Assembly (NCBI GenBank): GCA_964463155.1
Contig: CAYXAY010000001.1
Coordinates: forward strand, 30,001-62,000
DNA length: 32,000 nt
Direction: 5' to 3'
From: an uncultured archaeon
GTDB lineage: Archaea; Iainarchaeota; Iainarchaeia; Iainarchaeales; CSSED10-239
Below the pieces are notes generated by a model. The model saw only the letters and a program-made list of their open reading frames with translations, ran no database searches and was not told the origin of the DNA. Position numbers and translations under genes: made by a program. Below, in pieces: positions 24,543-31,509 of the stretch (position 1 is its first letter; each line of letters opens with the position of its first letter).

Positions 24543-25019
24543 ATGTTATTAAATATTAGATTAAATAAAAAAGGCGTTTCACCATTAATTGCAACCATTC
24601 TACTTGTCGCAGTATCCTTGTCTCTTGCAGGAATACTATATTCTTGGGCATCACAAAACGCAAAAGATACAGTTAACAGCGTTACAGAAACTTCCAAAAA
24701 ATGGAGAGATTGTAGTGCGATAAACATGTACATAGAGTATGGCTGTACTTATGATGCGACCACAGGAATAAGCTTTATACTTAACGATTCATCAACAGTA
24801 AATATTGATGATAACCTAACAGTAAGCGTGATTGATATAAACAATGCAATTAAAAGTTCAACGTTTGCTCCAAACTTTTCAGGAAGAGCAATGGTTATTA
24901 CCCGTGCAATACTTTCTGACCCAAATGCACTTGATGGTTTGAATAAACCATTACAAAGAGTAAGAGTTTATGTTGACGGTTGTCCAGATAGGGCGGCATC
25001 AACAACTACTTGCAACTAA
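24543..25019 (+). CDS. archaeal type IV pilin-like protein 1 (Pilin_N / class III signal peptide)
   Basis: N-terminus is MLLNIRLNKKG/VSPLIATILLVAVSLSLAGILYSW: a short basic leader, a small residue, then the conserved hydrophobic helix of archaeal pilins (AVSPVIgviLmv type). The ectodomain has C-x10-C and a C-terminal C-x9-C-N-stop. Confidence 0.75.
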   Translation: MLLNIRLNKKGVSPLIATILLVAVSLSLAGILYSWASQNAKDTVNSVTETSKKWRDCSAINMYIEYGCTYDATTGISFILNDSSTVNIDDNLTVSVIDINNAIKSSTFAPNFSGRAMVITRAILSDPNALDGLNKPLQRVRVYVDGCPDRAASTTTCN

Positions 25020-25032
25020 ATAAAAATAATCT

Positions 25033-25512
25033 ATGAAACTAAAAGCAATAGACGCATTAATAACAACAATCTTGATTGTTGTAGTTTCAATAATTCTAAT
25101 AACTATAGTTCTTGCCTGGAGTAAAAATTTTACAACAGAAGGAGTAAACAAGGCAAACAACTTAATAGACGAAAAATGCAATCAAGCGACAATAATGATT
25201 GCTGATTGTAGAATAATAGATGATGGTAATATCGTCTTTCAAATAAAAAACACAAGCAATAACTTTGATTTTGAAAGCACAGACATTTTCAAAGTTTCAG
25301 TCTTTAATGATTCAGGAACAATGGATGCGGAAAAAGAAATAATCGTGGTTAACGGCACATGGAATGGTCTAGCAACTGGAAACACAGCAATAGCAAAGCT
25401 TTCACCAACTACAACTTCCTTAACATCAGGTTCTGGGGCATTAGTTAACCTGACAGTAAGATCAACTATCTGCCCTCTAGTTTCAACAACCACCAGAGGC
25501 TGTCACAGATAA
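25033..25512 (+). CDS. archaeal type IV pilin-like protein 2
   Basis: N-terminus is MKLKA/IDALITTILIVVVSIILITIVLAW. It is a paralogue of the neighbours and has the same four-Cys pattern (CNQATIMIADC, CPLVSTTTRGC). Several N-x-S/T sequons are present. Confidence 0.75.
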   Translation: MKLKAIDALITTILIVVVSIILITIVLAWSKNFTTEGVNKANNLIDEKCNQATIMIADCRIIDDGNIVFQIKNTSNNFDFESTDIFKVSVFNDSGTMDAEKEIIVVNGTWNGLATGNTAIAKLSPTTTSLTSGSGALVNLTVRSTICPLVSTTTRGCHR

Positions 25513-25575
25513 AAGCTTTTTAAATGTTTTTGTTATATGGTAATATAAGTATATAACATTTTAGGAGGAAAATTT
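25513..25575 (+). promoter_or_regulatory. internal terminator/promoter/SD region between pilin genes 2 and 3
   Basis: It contains T5 tracts (CTTTTTA, GTTTTTG), then the TATA-like ATAAGTATATAAC, then a strong AGGAGG SD at 25563-25568, 7 nt before ATG 25576. Confidence 0.4.
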
Positions 25576-26028
25576 ATGAATAAAAAAGCAATAGAACCAT
25601 TGATTGCAACTATACTTTTAGTTGTTATTGCAGTGATTCTTGTTGTAATTGTTCTTGCATGGGGCAGAGACTTTACAGGCGAAGGACTAAACAAAGTAAG
25701 CGGGATACTGGACCCAACTTGTGATGAAGCAACAATAGCAATATCAAATTGTGATTATAATGACGCAGAAAATACAATAACATTCTTTATTAAAAACACA
25801 AGTAACAGCTATGTATTTTCAACAAACGCATTTGTTGCAAACATTATTGATGACAGTAATGCCTTAAATAATGCCTTGGATACATCAGTTACTTCTAGTA
25901 CAATAAATCCGGGAGCATCAGCGTTAGGTCAAATGTCAACAACACTTTCAGCTACAAGAGTAACAGTTGCAGTAAGATCAAGTGCTTGTCCAAACATTGC
26001 AACAGACACGGTAAAGAATTGCCAATAA
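25576..26028 (+). CDS. archaeal type IV pilin-like protein 3
   Basis: N-terminus is MNKKA/IEPLIATILLVVIAVILVVIVLAW. It has the four-Cys pattern (CDEATIAISNC, CPNIATDTVKNC) and the strongest SD of the four. Confidence 0.8.
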   Translation: MNKKAIEPLIATILLVVIAVILVVIVLAWGRDFTGEGLNKVSGILDPTCDEATIAISNCDYNDAENTITFFIKNTSNSYVFSTNAFVANIIDDSNALNNALDTSVTSSTINPGASALGQMSTTLSATRVTVAVRSSACPNIATDTVKNCQ

Positions 26029-26049
26029 AATAGTAAATTTGAATAAAAT

Positions 26050-26502
26050 ATGACTTCAAGAAGAGCAGTTTCCCCAATAATAGCAACAATACTTCTTGTT
26101 GTTATTGCACTAATCTTAGTTGGCATACTTCTTTCTTGGGGTCAAAATTTTGTTCAGAGAAGCACTTCTGATGCAGACAACGCAATAGACAGAAAATGCA
26201 TAGGCGCAGATATTTCTTTTAACAATTGTGATTACAATAGTCTCGGTACAGGAACACTGACATTTATCATAGTCAATTCAGGAAAAGTAGATTTTTCTTC
26301 AGACGAGAACCTTAATCTAATTTTGATAGACGATGATCAAGATCTAAATAACGAGAATCTAAACATTCTTGACGGCAGTGCCTTTAATAGAGGGGATTCA
26401 AGGAAAATAACAATCAACAACTATTCAGCAACCCCACCAGTTGAAGTAACAATAAGAAGCAGTCAATGCAATAATTTTTTTGTCAAAACAACTTGTAATT
26501 AG
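26050..26502 (+). CDS. archaeal type IV pilin-like protein 4
   Basis: N-terminus is MTSRRA/VSPIIATILLVVIALILVGILLSW. It has the four-Cys pattern (CIGADISFNNC, CNNFFVKTTC). Confidence 0.8.
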   Translation: MTSRRAVSPIIATILLVVIALILVGILLSWGQNFVQRSTSDADNAIDRKCIGADISFNNCDYNSLGTGTLTFIIVNSGKVDFSSDENLNLILIDDDQDLNNENLNILDGSAFNRGDSRKITINNYSATPPVEVTIRSSQCNNFFVKTTCN

Positions 26503-27002
26503 ATTTTGTCTATTTCTAATAGATTTATTTTCTTTTCTTTATTAACTATTGCTAGCACAAAGTTTGCATGTATGGTTTTTGCAAGCCTTTGAGATTTTAT
26601 AAGATTTACAGAATCGATTTTACCGGGAGCAATAACATCAACAACCATCTCTGTGTGCGTATGCTCTCCATTCTTTGATTTCTTATATACTCTAAAATCA
26701 AAACCAAACAAGTTTCCTTCCTTAACAACAAACCCTTTCTCTGTAAGTTCTCTAAACACCAAAAGCTTGTCTTTAAAGCCATTAATTTCTATCTTACAAA
26801 TTTTTTCAAGTTTCTTTAAATCAATCTTTTTGTTCTTTTTGTCAATAAGACTAATCTTTTTCTTCTCAAGAAAATAAAAACATTCAAAAAGATCAATACA
26901 AAAGTCAAGTCCTTTCTTAAACCCAAACCCTTTCTGTGTCAATTGGCTCTTAAGATTATTGTCTTTTACAATTCCTAAATTATTTTCCAGTATTACTTTC
27001 AT
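26499..27002 (-). CDS. endA: tRNA-splicing endonuclease, single-unit (alpha4-like) form
   Basis: 167 aa. The C-terminal catalytic domain has FDFRVYKKSKNGEHTHTEMVVDV and SQRLAKTIHANFVLAIV (Tyr/His/Lys triad context). Length fits the homotetrameric type. Confidence 0.7.
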   Translation of the reverse strand: MKVILENNLGIVKDNNLKSQLTQKGFGFKKGLDFCIDLFECFYFLEKKKISLIDKKNKKIDLKKLEKICKIEINGFKDKLLVFRELTEKGFVVKEGNLFGFDFRVYKKSKNGEHTHTEMVVDVIAPGKIDSVNLIKSQRLAKTIHANFVLAIVNKEKKINLLEIDKI

Positions 27003-27017
27003 TTATCTCACCAGCAG

Positions 27018-27329
27018 TCACTTATATAAAGTAAACAGGTTTCTGTTAACCTCATAAAACAAACCAATCCTAACTCCCGCGTCAATCCAGCCATAAGCAT
27101 AAGAATAGGATGCAAGTGCTCTTGAAAAGTCTCCTTTTTCTTCAAGAGTTTTACCATCTGCAAGGTAATTCTTTGCCATCTCAAGATAGTTGTCTGCTAT
27201 GTCTTTTAAGAAAGACTCGTTTTCAATATTTATTTTTATAGTACTAAGTGCTTTTTCCAAAAGCCCCCTATATTTCAAACAATATTCTTTAACATCTGTA
27301 TCCATTAACACCATCTCTTTCAATATCAT
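27018..27329 (-). CDS. DUF357 family protein
   Basis: The helical protein ends GDFSRALASYSYAYGWIDAGVRIGLF, which matches my recollection of the archaeal DUF357 signature (A.GWlDAGvRlG). The start is uncertain: in-frame ATGs at 27329, 27314 and 27305 all overlap the dph5 3-prime end. Confidence 0.5.
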   Translation of the reverse strand: MILKEMVLMDTDVKEYCLKYRGLLEKALSTIKINIENESFLKDIADNYLEMAKNYLADGKTLEEKGDFSRALASYSYAYGWIDAGVRIGLFYEVNRNLFTLYK

Positions 27330-28026
27330 TTAGTTGCCCACAAACAATCAAGCTTTGTGGGAAGCTTTTGCTTTCTATTCTCTTATAGTACTTAAAATCA
27401 AAAGTAATTATTTCTTGCGTTTTACTTGCTGCTCCGCAGATAGTAACACAAAAAACGTCCTTTAACTGATTTCCGTTCTCCTTATCTATGTCTTCAAGTA
27501 TCTGGCAGGCTTCCTTTACAGTCATAAACCTGTTCTTGTCTGTCTTTATGTCAAGAAGGCACAGCGTGTGTGCATTTATCTTTAAATTATCAATTATGCA
27601 ATCATAAAAGCTTGTAGGCCGATAGTTTCCTTCTGGATAAACAATGCTTGTTGTCTTTCCAAATTTATACTCAGACAATCCAGCGATTCCACGATAACTA
27701 AAAACAGATATTCCAGGGATAATGGTTGTTTCAATGCCTGCCGTTTTAGCATGCTCAATCAATGTAAAATGTGTTGTTGCAGAAAAGGGGTTTCCAATAA
27801 CCAAAAGACAGCAATTGTCCTTTAAAAAAACAAGTTCCTGCTCAAGTTCTTTTCTGTCCAAAAGATTTATTTTCTTTTCAAGAAAGGTTTCAAGGTCAGA
27901 TATTTGTCCTTCAGAAAATATGTTTGTATAATTATCAATATATATCTTGTTACTGCTTTTGATTGCCTGAATTGCCTCAAGAGTCAATTGCTTGACATTA
28001 AGTCCAATTCCAATTATGTAAAACAT
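27289..28026 (-). CDS. dph5: diphthine synthase (Dph5, tetrapyrrole-methylase fold)
   Basis: It has MFYIIGIGLNVKQLTLEAIQAIKSSNKIYIDNYT, LLVIGNPFSATTH and GISVFSY. The start is set at ATG 28026 (MFYIIGIG), 1 nt after the upstream stop, rather than the track start at 28047. Confidence 0.85.
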   Translation of the reverse strand: MFYIIGIGLNVKQLTLEAIQAIKSSNKIYIDNYTNIFSEGQISDLETFLEKKINLLDRKELEQELVFLKDNCCLLVIGNPFSATTHFTLIEHAKTAGIETTIIPGISVFSYRGIAGLSEYKFGKTTSIVYPEGNYRPTSFYDCIIDNLKINAHTLCLLDIKTDKNRFMTVKEACQILEDIDKENGNQLKDVFCVTICGAASKTQEIITFDFKYYKRIESKSFPQSLIVCGQLNDIERDGVNGYRC

Positions 28027-28027
28027 T

Positions 28028-28426
28028 CTAATTACTATAAACTCCAATTTCTATATATATCTTATTATTAGAATTATTAATATACTTTATGGAATTAGAC
28101 ATTACTTTTTTATATCCAATATTATTGCCAATCTCTTTTCTTTTGTTGTTTATCCTAATATACCCTGGTGTTTCTGGAAAAAGCAAAAGATAGTTTTTCT
28201 CAAGAACATCAATTCCAGAGATTTTAAGATATTGAGAAGTAACAAGCAAGTCTCCGATTTTTTGTTGTCTTAAAAGTTCAATGTTTTTTTCAGAAATATC
28301 TGTGCGGCTACCAGGAAAAACAAGAATAAGCAAAGAAAGAAAGATTAACGCAAAAAGTCCATCAACCACAAACATCTGTGCCTTGTTATTTACATTTAAA
28401 AAACTCAAGCGTCTCAAAGCTTCCAT
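28028..28426 (-). CDS. prepilin-like small protein D (class III signal-like N-terminus)
   Basis: 132 aa. N-terminus is MEALRRLSFLNVNNKAQ-MFVVDGLFALIFLSLLILVF: a basic leader, K-A-Q, a hydrophobic helix and an acidic residue 5 positions after the Q. A G-rich SD (GAGGGGGG) lies 9 nt upstream of the ATG. It overlaps the upstream gene by 41 nt. Confidence 0.5.
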   Translation of the reverse strand: MEALRRLSFLNVNNKAQMFVVDGLFALIFLSLLILVFPGSRTDISEKNIELLRQQKIGDLLVTSQYLKISGIDVLEKNYLLLFPETPGYIRINNKRKEIGNNIGYKKVMSNSIKYINNSNNKIYIEIGVYSN

Positions 28427-28793
28427 CTACAACAACCCCCCTCACAATAACAGAATCCGTTTCTTTTAGAGAATCAAATAAAGTCTTTCCGGACAAACCA
28501 ATTTTGCAGATCTTTTTTCTATCAATAGTAGATATCTTAGAAACATCCAAAACATTCTGATAACAAAGACTTTCATGATTTAAATATGAAAACGCAAGAT
28601 AATTGCAATCAGTTATCAGCCTATCAACATATAATAAGTTTTCAAGTTCCTTTATGTCTTTTTGGGTTTTAAGATTATGATTAACAAAGCCTTCCAAAAG
28701 AACCATCTCCAGATAAACAATAAACACAACAACCAATGCAAGGAAAAGAACATCAAGTACTAGTATCTGTGCCTTTTGACTTTCTATTTTCAT
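28386..28793 (-). CDS. prepilin-like small protein C (class III signal-like N-terminus)
   Basis: 135 aa. N-terminus is MKIESQKAQ-ILVLDVLFLALVVVFIVYL, the same K-A-Q/hydrophobic/Asp layout as protein D. It has four Cys in the ectodomain and a GGTGG SD just upstream. It overlaps the upstream gene by 41 nt. Confidence 0.5.
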   Translation of the reverse strand: MKIESQKAQILVLDVLFLALVVVFIVYLEMVLLEGFVNHNLKTQKDIKELENLLYVDRLITDCNYLAFSYLNHESLCYQNVLDVSKISTIDRKKICKIGLSGKTLFDSLKETDSVIVRGVVVDGSFETLEFFKCK

Positions 28794-28959
28794 ATCCCAC
28801 CAAATATTCTTCCTTCATTCTTTCAATTACTATTCTGTTACTTGGAATCCTTTCAATCTTTTCTTTAAGATTAATATTAACATCAACAAAGAATCCAATA
28901 ATTATTATTATAATCAAAACACACAATATAAACTCCAAAGTCACAATTCCTTTTTTCAA
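28753..28959 (-). CDS. prepilin-like small protein B (KKG/IVTLEF type)
   Basis: 68 aa. N-terminus is M-KKG-IVTLEFILCVLIIIIIIGFF, with Glu at +5 after the Gly as in EppA-type archaeal and bacterial type IV prepilins. The TTG start overlaps the upstream TGA (TTGA). It is preceded by a strong GAGGTGAT SD 9 nt upstream. Confidence 0.5.
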   Translation of the reverse strand: MKKGIVTLEFILCVLIIIIIIGFFVDVNINLKEKIERIPSNRIVIERMKEEYLVGYENRKSKGTDTST

Positions 28960-29459
28960 GTGTAAACAATCACCTCAATACCGTAATTCTTAGGAAACGA
29001 AAAATGCGATTTGTTAAAGCTTGTTAAGACATCAAAGCAAAGAAATTTGTTTTTGTTAATGCCATTAGTTATTGTGTATCTCTTGACATAGATGTTAGGA
29101 GCTGGCCTAAGAACAATGACTTTTGAGATGACTTGCAGTTCTTCAAAACGTACCCTGCTTTTGTTATTAGTCTTGATATCCAAGATATACCAGTCTTCGT
29201 TTTCTGTTTCTTTTAAGTGTTTTACAATGCTATTGTTAATCTGCGTGTTAAGGGTAACGGGCTCTATATTTTTGGAATACAATTCGTTTTTTACAATTTC
29301 TTCAAAATTGATTGCAGCGCTTTGCTTTTTTGTGTTTTGAATCTTTGCTATCAGGAAATCTGAGTCCGGCTCAATACGGTTACCCGCAACAGCATAAACA
29401 AAAACAGGAACAAACAACAAAACTCCAAGGCTCAAAAAGCCCTTATATTTTGATTTCAT
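28956..29459 (-). CDS. secreted or prepilin-like protein A (first gene of the cluster)
   Basis: 167 aa. The N-terminus MKSKYKG-FLSLGVLLFVPVFVYAVAG could be a class III or an ordinary Sec signal peptide. It is followed by a beta-rich domain. A TTAAATAAA TATA-like box lies about 30 nt upstream of the ATG. Confidence 0.45.
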   Translation of the reverse strand: MKSKYKGFLSLGVLLFVPVFVYAVAGNRIEPDSDFLIAKIQNTKKQSAAINFEEIVKNELYSKNIEPVTLNTQINNSIVKHLKETENEDWYILDIKTNNKSRVRFEELQVISKVIVLRPAPNIYVKRYTITNGINKNKFLCFDVLTSFNKSHFSFPKNYGIEVIVYT

Positions 29460-29621
29460 TAGATATCTTATAAATTTTTCCCTTTATTTAACCCGCAGCT
29501 TGGTTTTTTTGTGTTTTTGAAGCTAATGTCGTTAGTCATACAATTTTACAAAAATTCTAACAAATCTTTTTAAATACCTCTATCTACAATAAATATATTG
29601 ATTATAAAGGGGAAATAAAAC

Positions 29622-30710
29622 TTGAAAAAAAACATCTTTGTAAAGGATGTCACTGAAAAAGTAACAAGCATCTTTAAAGATGAGTCTGTCTTTTACCCAA
29701 GCTATTTCCCTGAGGACATAAAATCAAGGGATAAAGAAATCCAAGAATTAAGCTATAACCTTAGGCCAATCTCTGAAAACAAAAAAGCTCGAAATCTTTT
29801 GTTGTTTGGTCCTCCCGGAACAGGAAAGACATTAGTTTCAAAATATGTTTTAAAGCAGTTTTTAGAGTTCACGCAAAAAGGGAAATTCATTTACATAAAT
29901 GCAATTGAGGACAATACAAGATTTGCTTTGTATTCTAAGCTTTTGTCTCTTTACAACTCTCCTCTCCCAAGAAGGGGGTTAGGCATTGACGAGATTCTTT
30001 TAAGAATAAAAGAAGAGATGTCAAAAACAGACTTTGTTCCAATAGTTGTTATTGATGAGGTTGACAAACTTGAAAAATCAGAAATCTCAACAATACTTTA
30101 TGATCTCTCTAGAACGGAAGTTGGAAAGAAGTATTTTGCTTTAATACTTATAACAAACAATAGGGTGTTTCAGTTTTCCTTAGACCCAAGGGTTCAAAGT
30201 TCTCTTTTCTTGACAGAGGTTGAGTTTAAAAGATATTCTCCAATTGAGTTAAAGGAAATCTTAAAGGAAAGAATAGAGTATGGTCTGATTTCTAGTGCAA
30301 TATCAGAAGACAATCTAGGCTACATCACAGGTTATGCTGCAAAGAATGGGGGAGATGCAAGGATAGCAATTGATATCCTTTATAAGTCTGCAAAACTTAC
30401 AGAAAAGAAAGGAAACCTAAAAATAGATAAACAAACAATTCTAGAGTCAGAAAAATTGATTGATGCAGTAAAACTTTGCGAAAAACTAAACTACATTGAT
30501 TCAAGAGAAAAAGAAATCATAAAAGTGATTCCTGAAATTGGAATAGATAGTGGAACACTTTACAAAAAGTTTTCAAAAGACTCAGACAGAACAATAAGAA
30601 GGCATCTTGATAATCTAGAAAACATAGGTCTAATAAAAATCAAGGAAAACATTTCCCAGAAAGGAAAGACAAGAAACATCAGTTTGACATTTAGTAAAGA
30701 GTTATTATAA
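29622..30710 (+). CDS. cdc6: Orc1/Cdc6 replication initiator, paralogue 2
   Basis: 362 aa. It has Walker A LFGPPGTGKT, Walker B VVIDEVD, the sensor GGDARIAIDILYKSA and a C-terminal winged helix (RTIRRHLDNLENIGLI). The only available start is TTG 29622, with an AGGGG SD about 10 nt upstream. Confidence 0.9.
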   Translation: MKKNIFVKDVTEKVTSIFKDESVFYPSYFPEDIKSRDKEIQELSYNLRPISENKKARNLLLFGPPGTGKTLVSKYVLKQFLEFTQKGKFIYINAIEDNTRFALYSKLLSLYNSPLPRRGLGIDEILLRIKEEMSKTDFVPIVVIDEVDKLEKSEISTILYDLSRTEVGKKYFALILITNNRVFQFSLDPRVQSSLFLTEVEFKRYSPIELKEILKERIEYGLISSAISEDNLGYITGYAAKNGGDARIAIDILYKSAKLTEKKGNLKIDKQTILESEKLIDAVKLCEKLNYIDSREKEIIKVIPEIGIDSGTLYKKFSKDSDRTIRRHLDNLENIGLIKIKENISQKGKTRNISLTFSKELL

Positions 30711-30742
30711 ACTAATAAAAAACAAAACTAAATAATGAATAT

Positions 30743-31492
30743 TTACTCATTATCTACTCTTGGCGCCAAGTAGTATCTGACTGCAGCAGAACCGATTGTG
30801 TAGTTTAGTTCTATTGGCATGTCGTCTTTTAGCTTCAAGGTTATTGTTGTTTTTGCGTTTTTAATCATGTTTTGAAGATAGTCTAATGGGAACATTGCTT
30901 TTGCCTTTTTTCCTGAAATAACAATATCTCCTGCTTCAACTTCTTGCTTGAATTTTCCTTTAGAGCTTTGTGTCTCCAAAATGAACTTTTCGTCTCCAAC
31001 CCTTAATGTTATATGAGAACTAAAAAGAGCAGCGTCCTTGATTCCTGCTAATAATTGGTCAGAACCAACCTGCACAGTCACATCAAATGGTATCTGTGGA
31101 AGTGGATGTTGCTGGTCTGAAACATCAATTAAAGGCATAGTAAAGGATCTTTTGGATTTTCCAATAAACTCAATCTGTATGCTTGGCTTTCCTTCCGTTA
31201 TCTCAATTGAAAGTTTATCATCTGCATTTGAGTGTGATAAAATCTGTAAAAGATTATTAATATTAATACCAAACGACAGCTTGCTTGTGCTTTCCTGCCC
31301 AATATCAGTAATGAATTCTTCAAAGGCCTCTTTTGGCATTACAAAGTCAACAAGACTTATTTGGCTAGGGTCTGTTGCTCTTAAATAGAATTTGTTCTTG
31401 TCAATGGTAAACAAGCCTTCATTAATCAATACTCCAATAGCATCTATACATTTATAAAATTCCTTTGCGTCCTTTATAACTAATTTTATCAT
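30743..31492 (-). CDS. pcn: DNA polymerase sliding clamp PCNA
   Basis: The N-terminus MIKLVIKDAKEFYKCIDAIGVLINEGLFTIDKNKFYLRATDPSQISLVDFVMPKEAF and the two-domain length of about 249 aa are typical of archaeal PCNA. ATG 31492 is chosen over GTG 31501 because a GAGGTG SD (31499-31504 on the reverse strand) lies 6 nt upstream. Confidence 0.9.
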   Translation of the reverse strand: MIKLVIKDAKEFYKCIDAIGVLINEGLFTIDKNKFYLRATDPSQISLVDFVMPKEAFEEFITDIGQESTSKLSFGININNLLQILSHSNADDKLSIEITEGKPSIQIEFIGKSKRSFTMPLIDVSDQQHPLPQIPFDVTVQVGSDQLLAGIKDAALFSSHITLRVGDEKFILETQSSKGKFKQEVEAGDIVISGKKAKAMFPLDYLQNMIKNAKTTITLKLKDDMPIELNYTIGSAAVRYYLAPRVDNE

Positions 31493-31509
31493 ACAATCCA
31501 CCTCATATA

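Noticed and set aside
27289-27329. A third 41 nt gene overlap (DUF357 over dph5) matching the two 41 nt overlaps in the pilin-like cluster
   Set aside because: The DUF357 start is ambiguous (three in-frame ATGs), so the exact 41 nt figure is probably an artefact of taking the longest ORF. I do not treat the triple coincidence as meaningful.
30732-30753. Hairpin ATAATGA-N8-TCATTAT between cdc6-2 and PCNA as a bidirectional terminator
   Set aside because: It is a 7 bp all-A/T stem, thermodynamically weak and expected by chance in this composition. Archaeal termination does not require hairpins.
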